A stretch of 64,000 nt of DNA. Origin: Chitinophagales bacterium (lineage in GTDB: Bacteria > Bacteroidota > Bacteroidia > Chitinophagales > CAIOSU01). The notes beneath the pieces were generated by a model. The model ran no database searches and was not told where the DNA came from. It saw only the letters and a list, made by a program, of their open reading frames with translations. The translations under genes were made by a program, and so were the position numbers. Below are positions 37,832-47,818 of the stretch, in pieces. Where the stretch lies: the NCBI GenBank assembly GCA_018401955.1, contig JAGYJT010000012.1, forward strand, positions 10,303-74,302, written 5' to 3'. Position 1 is the first letter of the stretch. Each line of letters begins with the position of its first letter.

Positions 37832-38400
37832 CTTCGACGGTCTCAACCTCTTGGGCTTCAACTTCAATCGTTTTGTGCAAGGCATCAAGCTTTTGTTTAA
37901 TGCGCTCGTCCAGCTCCACATCGCTAAGATCGGATTTCTTAATCTCAATGCGCTCAGTAAACAGCCCAACCTCGGTAACTTTACCCAGCATCTCCAAAGC
38001 CTTTAAGCGTATTCGGGCATCAGGGTGCTCGGTCTCTTCCAATATCTTTGCCACCGCCATTCCACGTATATGCTGCGCCTGCTCCACAAACTGCCAGTCG
38101 TATGCCGTTAACATCCCCACCAAGCGCTGCACTGCAACAGGCGTCTTGATCTGAGTCAGGCTGGTTTTTGCCTTCTCGTGATCCACTAATGAATCTTTAA
38201 ACGCCTCCGTGACCTGCTTATGCTCCATTTCCGTCAGAATCTCGTCCTCGGTTTTGGCGCCCAGCTCCGTTAACCAGTCGCTGGTGTTGATCTGCGCTTC
38301 AAGGATTTGTTCGCGTTTGCTTTTTTCATAGGCAAAAAGGTTTCCAGGGGTACGCTAAGTACCTCCGGTGGGGGCGCGGATTCTTGTAGGTGTTCGAGCA
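37815..38400 (-). pseudogene. Terminase small-subunit candidate, interrupted by 1 frameshift
   Basis: ATG 38400 follows AGAGGAATTACAAT. That frame stops after 37 codons, while the adjacent frame is open from ~38,355 and runs into MEHKQVTEAF...(ORF 37815-38228). The shift lies in the T5/A6 runs at ~38,320-38,345. Position is immediately upstream of TerL. Confidence 0.45.
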
Positions 38401-38487
38401 TATTGTAATTCCTCTAATTTAGTTTATACTTATCATGCGCTTGTGTGCAACACAAGCGTTTCTCCTTTCTGTATTCTCCTCCTTATG

Positions 38488-38520
38488 CCCCCGTTCACAG
38501 GCGGGGGCTTTTTGTTTTGC
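38488..38520 (+). terminator. Plus-strand intrinsic-terminator-like hairpin in the phage terminal region
   Basis: GCCCCCG-ttcacagg-CGGGGGC followed by TTTTTGTTTTG. A second 9-bp perfect hairpin (CGCTTGTGT-gca-ACACAAGCG) lies at 38438-38458. Confidence 0.5.
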
Positions 38521-38582
38521 CGTTGTCTATTTTTTGACAATGGTTATGCGGATTTTTGTAGAAAATTTAAGCAGGTGTGAAA

Positions 38583-38645
38583 GGGGGTAAGCACAAATCT
38601 ATGCGCGTTAAAGTGGGGGATAAGCACAAATCTATGCGCATTAAA
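38583..38645. repeat. Two tandem ~31-bp direct repeats
   Basis: GGGGGTAAGCACAAATCTATGCGCGTTAAA (38583-38612) and GGGGGATAAGCACAAATCTATGCGCATTAAA (38615-38645), followed by a third GGGGGG start. Confidence 0.85.
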
Positions 38646-38831
38646 ATGTAGGGGGGTCCGATACCAGTCCCTTTCCCTTGGCTCGGCGTTCCTTTGGCTG
38701 CATAAGGAGGTGTCATAACCAAAATCTACGAGCTATTTTAGGTCGCTGCGTAGCTGACCCGGCCTCCCCAGCAAATATACAAAAGTTGGGCGAGTTTATG
38801 CTGACGGCGTAACTTCTTGAAGATGGGGCGT

Positions 38832-41021
38832 TTAATCTTTTATAGAAAATTTTGACAGTTGCGGCCGTGCAGCTGCGAAACACTGCTCCTTGTGCGGTCT
38901 GCCAAGGCCTAGTAGCATTGGGGGATGTAAAGCTCTCTTGTGGGGTCTGATATTCCAAAAAAGGCCAGTCAAACCAGCCAGACCTAAATACCTAATAAGT
39001 GTTATAATGTAAGTAAGCCAATTGGGTAGGCCATTTGACGGCAAGCCGAACGCCCGATGTTTCCAGAATATTGTGGGTACTTCAGTGCAAAGTAGCACAC
39101 AGAGGGTGCCTGTAAACAAAAAGCTCTTGCCATCCAGTTTGTTGTTGGCTGGGGTAACTTCCTCGTGCTGTGTTTCGATGTTTACACCCAGTTCTTGTAG
39201 TTTTTTTAGTAGCTGAATATTGGCTTCGGTATGGAAGAACTCATACACGCTTTCGGCTACTTTGGGGCCAACGTCTTCTAGTTGGGTCAGTTTTTCTTGG
39301 TCCCAGTCAATATAGTCAAGTGCTGATTTTACCTGTTTGGCCAATACTTTGGCAGTAGTATTGCCAATATGCCTTATGCCCAAGGCGGTAATCAATCGCC
39401 AAAGTGGTTGGGTCTTGCTGTTTTCAATGCCGGTTTTTAGGTTGGCCACACTCTTTTCTTTCCAGCCTTCCAAAGCCAAAATGCGGGCATAATCCAATTG
39501 GTAAACATCTTCTAGCTGATTGATGATGCCTTCAGCCATAAAACGCTTTACTATATCTTTACCCAAGCCATCAATATCCATAGCACCTTTGCTCACAAAA
39601 TGAATGATGCGTTCTTCTTGCTGCACCGGGCATTCAATATTTACGCAGCGCCAAATAGCCTCCCCCTCGGGCTTTACCAAGGTAGAGCTACACGATGGGC
39701 ATTCGCGCGGGAAATCGATAGCAGTTTCGTTGCCGGTGCGCAAAGTAGTTACCACTCCCGCAATGTATGGTATTACTTCCCCAGCACGCTCCACTACCAC
39801 GGTATCGCCAATCTTAATATCTTTTTCCAGTATAAAATCCTCGTTGTGCAACGATATGGAGCTGATAGTAACACCAGCCAACGGCACTGGCGTTATTTTA
39901 GCAACTGGCGTTATCGCTCCCGTGCGGCCTACCTGAAACTCCACCCGCTCCAAGGTGCTTTGCGCTTGGCGGGCTTTAAATTTGAAAGCTATGGCCCAGC
40001 GCGGGTGGTGAGAGGTGCTACCGGTTTCTTGTTGTTTTTGGTAGTCGTTCAGTTTTATCACCATCCCATCAATCTCGATAGGGAACACGTTGCGTTTTTC
40101 TTCCCACTCGCCTACATGGGCTACTACTTGTGGTATAGTAGGGTATAGGCCAATCTCTTTTACCGGGGCATTAAAACCTAGTTTGTACAAGGTTTCAATA
40201 CTCTCATAGTGGGTTTTAATACCCATGCCCAATACATTGTTGCCATCCTTATCAATGGCATATCCTATTTGGTATATTACCGCCTCCAAGCCACGGCGGG
40301 CCACTTCGGCGCTATCCTTTAATCGCAACGCACCTGATGCCGTGTTGCGGGAGTTTTGAAACGTTTTTAGCCCCTGTTCGCGACGCTTTTCGTTCATTGC
40401 CTCAAACACATCATTGCGAATAACCACTTCGCCACGCACTTCAGCCTTCACTATGCCGTATTTGCTAAACTCGGCCCTAAGGGGTATTGATTTTATTACC
40501 TTGGCATTGTTGGTAATATCTTCGCCCATTACACCATCGCCACGGGTGGCGGCGCGCACCATAATATCGTTTTCATAAAGAATGGCAATGCTAGAGCCAT
40601 CAAATTTGGGCTCCACACAGTATTCAATACCTTCGTTGCCCACTATTTTGCGCAAGCGGTTGTCAAACTCCGTAAGGTCTTCTTCGTTATAACTATTGTC
40701 CAACGATAGCATGGGCAAGTTATGCTCAACCGGCACAAACGCCTCGGTTAGCCCCATGGCCACCCTTTGGGTTGGCGACTCGGGTGATTGTAGCGAAGGG
40801 TAATTTGCCTCAATATCTTTAAGGCGCTTGAAAAGCTGGTCGTAGTCAAAATCAGTAATTACCGCTTCAGAGCGCACATAATATCTCCAGTCGTGGTACT
40901 TAATGGTATCCCTTAAATCTTTTACTTCTTTATCAGCAGCCTCTAGGCTTTGCGGTGCAGGGTTTGCCAGTATTTGTTGGCTTAGTTCCAGGTATTCACG
41001 TTCTTGCGCTGCGGTGTACAT
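38832..41021 (-). pseudogene. ligA: NAD+-dependent DNA ligase LigA, truncated in the BRCT domain at ~39,100 and fused to ~89 unrelated codons
   Basis: Adenylation motif CVEPKFDGSS, Zn finger CPSCSSTLVKPEGEAIWRCVNIECP, HhH region, and BRCT start DGKSFLFTGTL. After GTL (nt ~39,102) the text becomes CVLLCTEVPTIFWKHRAFG..., with no BRCT similarity. Confidence 0.85.
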
Positions 41022-41133
41022 TGTGATTGCGGGTTATAGGTGGCGAGTTCAGATTCGCCTTCGTTCATCTGATGTTACAAATGTACCACCGAACCAACTA
41101 AAACTAGCAATTTAACCTGTACAAAGTATCCAC

Positions 41134-41943
41134 CTATTTTCTACATACTATTATGGGTTCTCTGGGGTCAACGGCATATTTGGTATAATCTTGGTTTGGG
41201 CTGAGTTTGTTCAGCCTTAAGAGTTTTACATCGAAACCCACATAAGCAAGTCGCTCTAAATAATCGGTTCCGTACTGCCTTACATGGTCTTTTTGCCCAA
41301 AATACTTTTCGCGTAATTCATCACTTTCCAAAAAAGCGTCTTCTTGGGTATGTTTTAGTTTTTCATCCAAAGGCACTTGAAATATGCCCCACCCGCCTAT
41401 TTTCATTACTCTAAAAAACTCACTCATTACCCGTAAATCATCTTGTACGTGTTCTAGTAAGTGGTTGGCAATCACCACATCAAAAGTCTCATCTTTAAAA
41501 GGTATGGCATGAGCATCAAAATGATATTGTGCCCACGGGCTACACAGGTCGGCGGTGATGTAATCTAAATTATTTTGCTTTTGCAGCGCCCTTCTTAGGC
41601 ACACCTCTGGCGCTATGTGCAAAACCTTTAACGGCTCACGAAGCAGGTTGGTGTGCTCTTTGAGGTATAGAAACAAAAGACGATGCCGCTCTAGCGATAA
41701 AGAACCGGGCGCCAGTGCATTGGGGCGTGGGTTTACATACCCGTAGGGTAACAAGCTACGGTAGCCTCTGTTGTCAATGGGGTCAATGTAATTTTTTCCC
41801 CTCAGGTAAAGGGCTATCAATGGTGAGGCGAGTTCTGCAAAGCGTTGCAGCTGGTTTCGCCCAAACCCATTAAGTGCCCATTTTATCATCATTGGTAAAA
41901 ACATAGCAAATGGCGTTGATTGATACGAAAGTACTGGCATCAT
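41134..41943 (-). CDS. Class I SAM-dependent methyltransferase
   Basis: FDVVIANHLLEHVQDDLRVMSEFFRVMKIGGWGIFQVP is a typical Methyltransf_11 post-I/II region. The start codon is uncertain. Confidence 0.65.
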   Translation of the reverse strand: MMPVLSYQSTPFAMFLPMMIKWALNGFGRNQLQRFAELASPLIALYLRGKNYIDPIDNRGYRSLLPYGYVNPRPNALAPGSLSLERHRLLFLYLKEHTNLLREPLKVLHIAPEVCLRRALQKQNNLDYITADLCSPWAQYHFDAHAIPFKDETFDVVIANHLLEHVQDDLRVMSEFFRVMKIGGWGIFQVPLDEKLKHTQEDAFLESDELREKYFGQKDHVRQYGTDYLERLAYVGFDVKLLRLNKLSPNQDYTKYAVDPREPIIVCRK

Positions 41944-42121
41944 TTGCTTTGGACAATTACAAAATTTCGCTGTTATCGGGCAGTTGCATCACTGTAATTG
42001 GTTTGGTTGTATTTTTATTACCATAAATTGAGGATGCTAAAACCGCTGAATATTAGGATGATAACAGCACTATTGGAGCTGAACAGAATTGAAGCCTTAT
42101 CAACGAGAAGATTATTTATAC

Positions 42122-43138
42122 CTACGTGGCTTTTTCTTTTCCTCCCCAAGCTTTTCGAAAAATGTTCCAATAACTGGTTTCTACACAAGCATTATCAAGC
42201 AAGCCACGTTTTTTGAGCATTTGGTGCATAGTTCTCAGGTTATACGGTGCTACAGCGGGCATAAGGTGGTGCTCAAGGTGATAGTTTACATGGTGTGGTG
42301 CAAACAGCAAGCGTTCGTACCACCTGGCATAGGTAGTACGGGTATTATTCAATGGGTCGGTGGTATCTGGTGTAATGGCGTGCTCGGCTATGGAGCGTAC
42401 CCTGGCAAACAGCATGGCAGTGGTGAGCATACTGCCTATCCAAATAAGGTATAGCCATGGTTGGCCAAAAGCTAGCATTGTAATAAAAATGATAGTGTTG
42501 ATGATAATGGGGCCCGCTAAATTACCAGCACCGTATCGTAATCGTTCATAGTATTTTTTGCCGGTATTATCTATGCGCTCTACTAAGCCGCCCAATTGGT
42601 ATTTGAAGTTTCCAAGGTGCATCATTACAATCCCAAAGTGGGCCTTAATGCCACTAACACCGCTTATATCTCTACCTATTTTTCGGGCAAAGCTTTTTGG
42701 GGAGGTTGGATAGCCCGCCTTAAGGTGCAAATCGGGGTCGTTAACTGTACCGGTGTGTTGGTGATGGCTTAGGTGATAGGTTCGGTATGCTTCCATATCG
42801 TGCCAAATTGGCGCACCGCATAGCCATTTACCTACCAATTGGTTTTGCTTTTTTGTTTTGAAAAGGGCATTGTGAGAAGTATCGTGCATTAATATAGCTA
42901 GTGCAAGTTGCCTACCACCTATAATTACAAATGCAGCAGCAACGGTAAATGCATTGGGCCATAAACCTACCAATACAAACGTGGCAATAATAAGGCCCCA
43001 CGTGAACATAACTTCCCAAGCTGCTTTCCAGTTGTTGCGTTGCATTAGTTGGCGCACTTCGTCTTTTGAGAAGATTTTTAAAACGTTCATTATCCTAAAG
43101 TTATCATTTAAAGATATGGCAACCCAGTATGTTGACAT
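42122..43138 (-). CDS. Membrane fatty-acid desaturase
   Basis: Three His boxes (HDTSHN, HLSHHQH, HHVNYHLEHH) plus TM segments. The start may be the internal MNVLKIF (43090). Confidence 0.85.
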   Translation of the reverse strand: MSTYWVAISLNDNFRIMNVLKIFSKDEVRQLMQRNNWKAAWEVMFTWGLIIATFVLVGLWPNAFTVAAAFVIIGGRQLALAILMHDTSHNALFKTKKQNQLVGKWLCGAPIWHDMEAYRTYHLSHHQHTGTVNDPDLHLKAGYPTSPKSFARKIGRDISGVSGIKAHFGIVMMHLGNFKYQLGGLVERIDNTGKKYYERLRYGAGNLAGPIIINTIIFITMLAFGQPWLYLIWIGSMLTTAMLFARVRSIAEHAITPDTTDPLNNTRTTYARWYERLLFAPHHVNYHLEHHLMPAVAPYNLRTMHQMLKKRGLLDNACVETSYWNIFRKAWGGKEKAT

Positions 43139-43190
43139 AAAAAAAGGGGCACCAACTAGGCGCCCCTTAAATTAGCTTTACCAAATGCAG

Positions 43191-45578
43191 TTAACGATTG
43201 AGCACCAAACGACGAATGCCTGAAGCACCATCGGCTGTTACTTTTACAATGTATATACCATTAGCTTCGGCGCTAAGGTCAAGTGTGTGGCTAACTTGAG
43301 CCAAACCGTTTAGGTTGGTTTCACTAACCAAAGCACCTAGGGTGTTGAATATTTGGATGGTAACATTAGTATTGTTGGCCAAATCAGCTTTTACAGTAAC
43401 ATTGCCACTAGTTGGGTTAGGGAATACATCAAAGTTGATGCTGCTTACCACATTAGCAATACCAACAACATCGGCAATACGCAGGTTTTGTACTGTAGAG
43501 CATCCGTTGTTATCAATTACGGTAATTTCATAAACGCCAGTTGCCAAACCAGTTTGATTTGCACTTGATGAACCATTGCTCCAACCAATAGTATAAGGAG
43601 CCTGTCCACCTTTAATATCAAGTGTTACATCGCCCGTTCCGTTGTTAATTGTTACAGTGGGGTTAAGCATAACTGGGCCATAAACCGTGAAGGTTTGGGT
43701 AACATTAATACCACTGTTGTTTTCCATAGTTACAGTGTAGTTGCCAGGTGCAAGGCTAAAAGCAACTGCACCCGTTTGGCCATTGCTCCAAGTAAAAGTA
43801 CAATCAGTGCAACCTACTGCGCTTACCGTAATTTCTCCCTCTTTGCCGCCTCCACAAGCACTGTGGGTAATGCTTGCCAGGTCAACAGCTGCAACGTTTT
43901 GAGCGATATCAACACTGGTTACTTCACTTTCGTTAAGTTCAAACTCCAAGGCATTTAATATTTCACGATCTCTAGAGGAAGAACCAAATTTTTGCACAAC
44001 AGCCACCAAATGAACTTGGTTAACATCCCAACCTGCCGGCAAGGTGTAGGTAAATGTATGACTGTATGGCGTAAGGGCAACTATGTTATTTGGTATTACA
44101 CTTGCTTGGCCCCAAGCACCACCCATAAAGTGACGCGCCACATCGCGATGCACAAAACCTACAATAGGGTTGCCAGCTTGGTAGTAAGGGTGTCCAGTCA
44201 CATTGTTGTATGCGTTTACCTGGTTATAACCGGTACCGGTGCCTACCACGCTATCTTCTACTATAAACACATTTAGTCGATAATCGCCAGTAAGGTCGGT
44301 CATAAACTCGGCTGAAACATTTACCGTTAATTCGCGACTGCTTGAATTATAAGTGTTATCGGCATTGATAGAGACAATACTAGTCTCTGTCAAACGGGTT
44401 TCTGCATAATTGGTCCACTTGGTTCTGCTTGTCGCAATATTCGATTCACCATCGTATAAAACCCTGTCAATAGTTCCAGACGGGAAACTACCGCCTGTAA
44501 CCAGGTTTCCAACAGTGTTACCATCAGGAAAATCCATAGCGTCAGCATTATGCACACCTACTCCTATTGCATTAGGGTTGCGGTCAAGTATATCGTATAG
44601 TACCACGGTTCCATCAGGGCAAAACTGGCACCAAGCGCCAGTATGGTCCTCTATCACAACAAATTTTTCAACGTTACCCAACAACACATTAACTGTGGCA
44701 TAACCAACATTGTTGGCCGACAAGTCATTTTGACCGTTTGGTAAGCTAAGGTCAACATCAATGGTTAGTTCAGCACTAGTAAGGCTAATGATATTGGTGT
44801 TGTGCGTAACAGTTTTTGTAGCACCTGGGGCCAAACCAAGGGCATTTACCGTTTCGGTGTGGTTCGTAGTGCCGCCATCTGTAGTCCAATTAAAAACAAA
44901 AGAGTTAAGGGTTGCAGTGCCGTAGTTTTTTACGGTAATGGTTACCGGCACGGTGCCAACTATAGACGAACTCGGAACATCTACTGATATTAGCTGCACA
45001 TCATTAGGCGTTGGTTGAAAAACTTTCACATCATCAACAGCAACACCATCGGCCCAATCTCCACCATCGTTGTGCACAAAGGCAAATTTTACATTGCTTT
45101 GGTTCAAGTAAGCGCTTAGGTCTATGTTCAAATCTTGCCAATCAGCCGATGTACCTATGGTTTGCATTACGCTCCAGCTCGACCCTCCATCGGTGCTTAT
45201 CTCCAAGGTTGCTGTTGAGCCGTATGCACCTGTGTGATATGCTGAAAACGCCAATATACCTGTGGTCATTGTAGTAAGGTTCAAGGTAGGGGTAATCAAC
45301 ATATCCCTATCGGCTAAATTTTGTGTTGCCGCCTGGTTGTCGTATTTGTCATCGTTGCTGGCAGCAAATTTAGTATGAGCAGGTGGTGTAAAATAACCAC
45401 TACCCAGCGAAGTGTTGGTGCCAAACTCCCATCCTCGTGATGGGGTATTTTGTACACGGCTCCAGCCTGATGGTAACGAACCCGACTCAAAATCTTGATC
45501 CAGTAATATTATCTGTGAAAATGCGGTAGAGGTTGCAAGCAACGCAAAGGAAAAAATGAGGAAGTAGATTTTTTTCAT
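43191..45578 (-). CDS. T9SS-sorted secreted multidomain protein (Omp28-like/thioredoxin-like CxxC region, SprB-type repeats, Por_Secre_tail)
   Basis: Signal peptide MKKIYFLIFSFALLATSTAFSQ. HTGAWCQFCPDG. Repeats ...TFTWSNGQTG / YTIGWSNGSS. C-terminus FPNPTSGNVTV...GIYIVKVTADGASGIRRLVLNR is typical of the T9SS C-terminal sorting domain. Confidence 0.7.
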   Translation of the reverse strand: MKKIYFLIFSFALLATSTAFSQIILLDQDFESGSLPSGWSRVQNTPSRGWEFGTNTSLGSGYFTPPAHTKFAASNDDKYDNQAATQNLADRDMLITPTLNLTTMTTGILAFSAYHTGAYGSTATLEISTDGGSSWSVMQTIGTSADWQDLNIDLSAYLNQSNVKFAFVHNDGGDWADGVAVDDVKVFQPTPNDVQLISVDVPSSSIVGTVPVTITVKNYGTATLNSFVFNWTTDGGTTNHTETVNALGLAPGATKTVTHNTNIISLTSAELTIDVDLSLPNGQNDLSANNVGYATVNVLLGNVEKFVVIEDHTGAWCQFCPDGTVVLYDILDRNPNAIGVGVHNADAMDFPDGNTVGNLVTGGSFPSGTIDRVLYDGESNIATSRTKWTNYAETRLTETSIVSINADNTYNSSSRELTVNVSAEFMTDLTGDYRLNVFIVEDSVVGTGTGYNQVNAYNNVTGHPYYQAGNPIVGFVHRDVARHFMGGAWGQASVIPNNIVALTPYSHTFTYTLPAGWDVNQVHLVAVVQKFGSSSRDREILNALEFELNESEVTSVDIAQNVAAVDLASITHSACGGGKEGEITVSAVGCTDCTFTWSNGQTGAVAFSLAPGNYTVTMENNSGINVTQTFTVYGPVMLNPTVTINNGTGDVTLDIKGGQAPYTIGWSNGSSSANQTGLATGVYEITVIDNNGCSTVQNLRIADVVGIANVVSSINFDVFPNPTSGNVTVKADLANNTNVTIQIFNTLGALVSETNLNGLAQVSHTLDLSAEANGIYIVKVTADGASGIRRLVLNR

Positions 45579-45806
45579 GGAAAGTAGTTGATTGTTAGGA
45601 CGGTACATTATGATAACAGTACCGCAATATAACTAATCTCTTAACTTTTTTTTAATGAAGAGTTAATTTTTTTCGTGCTCGCATAAATCAGGTAAACAAA
45701 CCTGGGCAATAGTCAAACTCTTTGTGAATGCTAAAACATGGGTGAAAATATTTGCGATGTAATTAATTTTGAAGTATCTTAGTGTTATTGTGTAAAAACC
45801 TTACTG

Positions 45807-46526
45807 ATGCAAAAAATACTTGCTGTAATTATTATTGCTACATTTTTGAGTTTCGGAACTATTTCAGCTCAAAACTTTTCAATTAGTAGCGACTCTTTGT
45901 TTGGCACTGCTGATGCAAATAGGGCAGAGTATGTGTTGGATATTGATATTGTTAATTTAGGTGCTACTAAGCCAATTTCGCTTAAGTGGCATCGCTACCA
46001 AAATGTATATGACAATAATTGGTTAGGTAATCAGATTTGTGTTTACGGCTCTTGTTACTATTACACCGTAGATACAGGTACCATAGAAGTTGGAGCGGGC
46101 AGTTCTGAAGAGTTTTCTGCGCATTTCGGTAACAATAACTTTCCAGGAGATGGAGTACAGCGCGTAAGTTTTTACGAAGAAAGTGATAGTGCCGGTACTG
46201 TACAAACTACTTATTTTGGTACTAATCTTACTCCGTTTACCTCTGTAGCTACTCCTATGAGCAATAGCTATGCACCTTCTGACATACAAATTTACCCTAA
46301 CCCAGCGAAAGAGTTTGTTATTGTAAAACGTCCTGAACTACTCAACATTAGCCGAATAGAGGTTTACAATATGTTGGGTCTTAAAGTTGTTACCCAAAAA
46401 GTAGACCCTGACAATACTAACAATCGTGTTGATTTGCTTGATTTGGCCAAAGGCGTATATATGCTGCGTATTTTCGACAACAACAATAATGTAATTCTTA
46501 CCAAATCTATTTCGAAGATTAGGTAA
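45807..46526 (+). CDS. T9SS C-terminal-domain secreted protein (239 aa)
   Basis: Signal peptide. C-terminus IYPNPAKEFVIV...VYNMLGLKV...LAKGVYMLRIFD...KSISKIR matches the Por_Secre_tail pattern. Confidence 0.7.
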   Translation: MQKILAVIIIATFLSFGTISAQNFSISSDSLFGTADANRAEYVLDIDIVNLGATKPISLKWHRYQNVYDNNWLGNQICVYGSCYYYTVDTGTIEVGAGSSEEFSAHFGNNNFPGDGVQRVSFYEESDSAGTVQTTYFGTNLTPFTSVATPMSNSYAPSDIQIYPNPAKEFVIVKRPELLNISRIEVYNMLGLKVVTQKVDPDNTNNRVDLLDLAKGVYMLRIFDNNNNVILTKSISKIR

Positions 46527-46594
46527 TATAAACTTTTCGCAAGAGGGGATTTTAATCCTTATCCATACAATAGGCTACCAGCAAAGGTGGCCTA

Positions 46595-47812
46595 TTGTGT
46601 TTTAATGCAACTAAACCTTTAGATTTAAACACAAATCCACTTGCCATGATAGCATTTATTGAGAGCGTTGTTAACCAATTTGGTGGTAGGTTAGCGGGTA
46701 GCAGCGCCGAGAAAGCGGCACAGCAATATGTTCGAGATTGTTTTGAAACAATAGGTGCCAGTGCCGAGATACAGCCATTTACGGCTGCCCTTACTGCCAA
46801 GTTTGTAGCACTTAAGCTGTTTACAGTGGTTTATTTTATTAGTCTTGGCTTGTATTGGCTCTCGGTACCTGGGGCGGCCATTTTGGCTTTAGTAAACGGT
46901 ATATTATTTGTCGGTCACTTTTTAACCTATCGTAATTGGCTCGATTTTTTGTTTCCTCAAATGGAGTCATCAAACGTAGAGGCTACTTTGGAACCTCAGG
47001 GCGAAGTAATACGAACGATATTAGTAGCTGGCCATATTGATAGCGTGCGGGAGTTTCAATGGTGGTATCATCTAAAAAATTTTGGCGGTATACTTACCAT
47101 TGTAGCTGGGGCACTGTTTGTGTTACAAGGCATTGTTTTATTGTTGGTTTGGCTTATAGGCTCGGCATGGGGCGATATTGCCTGGTTGGTGCTGGCAGTG
47201 CTTTCGCCTGCCACCTTTACCATGTACGCTATGCATGGCAAACAGGTAGTTGATGGTGCTATGGATAACCTTACCGGTGTGGCTGTAGCGGTAGAAATGG
47301 CCAAAGTGTTTGCTGATGAAACCCAACCAGGAAAAAGCAAGCTTAAACATACCCGTTTGCGTTTGGTAAGTTTTGGTAGCGAAGAGTGTGGGTTGCGTGG
47401 CTCAAACGCATACGCAATGCGCAATAAAGAGCAGTTGTTGCGCGAAAATGCTCTACTGGTAAATATTGATACGATAAAGGATGCTGAGCATCTTACTATA
47501 TTAAAGAGTGAGATAAATACCCGTGTAAAGTATGATAAAGCATTAGTTGCAGCCATCAACCAAGCTTTTGTAGATTGTGGTGTGCCTGTTAAGCAAGTTA
47601 ACTTAAGCGTGGGGGCTACCGATGGTAGTGCTTTTGGCATACATAAGCTGCCGGCAATATCAATAATTGGGATGAATGCCAGCGCGTTTGACCCTTGCTA
47701 CCATACTCGGCTTGATAAACTCGAAAACCTTAACCCACAAGCATTGGAAACATTTAAAGGGGTGCTGATAAATTTTATTGAAGGGTGGGATAGTGGTAAG
47801 TATAAGGCGTAA
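46595..47812 (+). CDS. M28-family membrane-associated aminopeptidase
   Basis: VAGHIDSV, DNLTGVAVAVEMAKVF, FGSEECGLRGSNAY, GATDGSAF and YHTRLD are M28 metal-ligand/catalytic motifs, with internal TM segments. The start codon is uncertain. Confidence 0.75.
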   Translation: MCFNATKPLDLNTNPLAMIAFIESVVNQFGGRLAGSSAEKAAQQYVRDCFETIGASAEIQPFTAALTAKFVALKLFTVVYFISLGLYWLSVPGAAILALVNGILFVGHFLTYRNWLDFLFPQMESSNVEATLEPQGEVIRTILVAGHIDSVREFQWWYHLKNFGGILTIVAGALFVLQGIVLLLVWLIGSAWGDIAWLVLAVLSPATFTMYAMHGKQVVDGAMDNLTGVAVAVEMAKVFADETQPGKSKLKHTRLRLVSFGSEECGLRGSNAYAMRNKEQLLRENALLVNIDTIKDAEHLTILKSEINTRVKYDKALVAAINQAFVDCGVPVKQVNLSVGATDGSAFGIHKLPAISIIGMNASAFDPCYHTRLDKLENLNPQALETFKGVLINFIEGWDSGKYKA

Positions 47813-47818
47813 GGTTTG

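Larger units (their letters stand above)
1..39097 (-). mobile_element. Tailed-phage (podovirus-like) packaging/head/neck/fibre/lysis/ejection-protein block, partial (continues past window start)
   Basis: Unbroken run of minus-strand genes with phage-typical order (terminase, portal, scaffold, capsid, fibres, endolysin/holin, internal proteins). Many stop-start overlaps (ATGA/TAATG) and AGGAG boxes 5-8 nt upstream of most starts. No integrase, tRNA or att-like flank seen in the window. Confidence 0.85.

Noticed and set aside
38713-39097. 81-aa minus ORF (38713-38958) and the 89-codon tail of the ligA ORF as real coding sequence
   Set aside because: There is no RBS, the composition is odd (Cys/Trp/Arg-rich), and there is no similarity to the LigA BRCT domain or to phage proteins. 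These are most likely fortuitous read-through into non-coding terminal DNA.
38401-39100. Integrase, tRNA or att site marking a classical prophage end
   Set aside because: There is no integrase-sized ORF, I could not fold a cloverleaf by eye, and no repeat matches the chromosomal side of the junction. The other phage end is outside the window, so att repeats cannot be assessed.
46552-47640. Minus-strand ORFs (82, 190 and 70 aa) overlapping the M28 peptidase gene
   Set aside because: They are antisense to a gene with clear catalytic motifs, with low-complexity or Cys/Ser/Thr-rich shadow composition.
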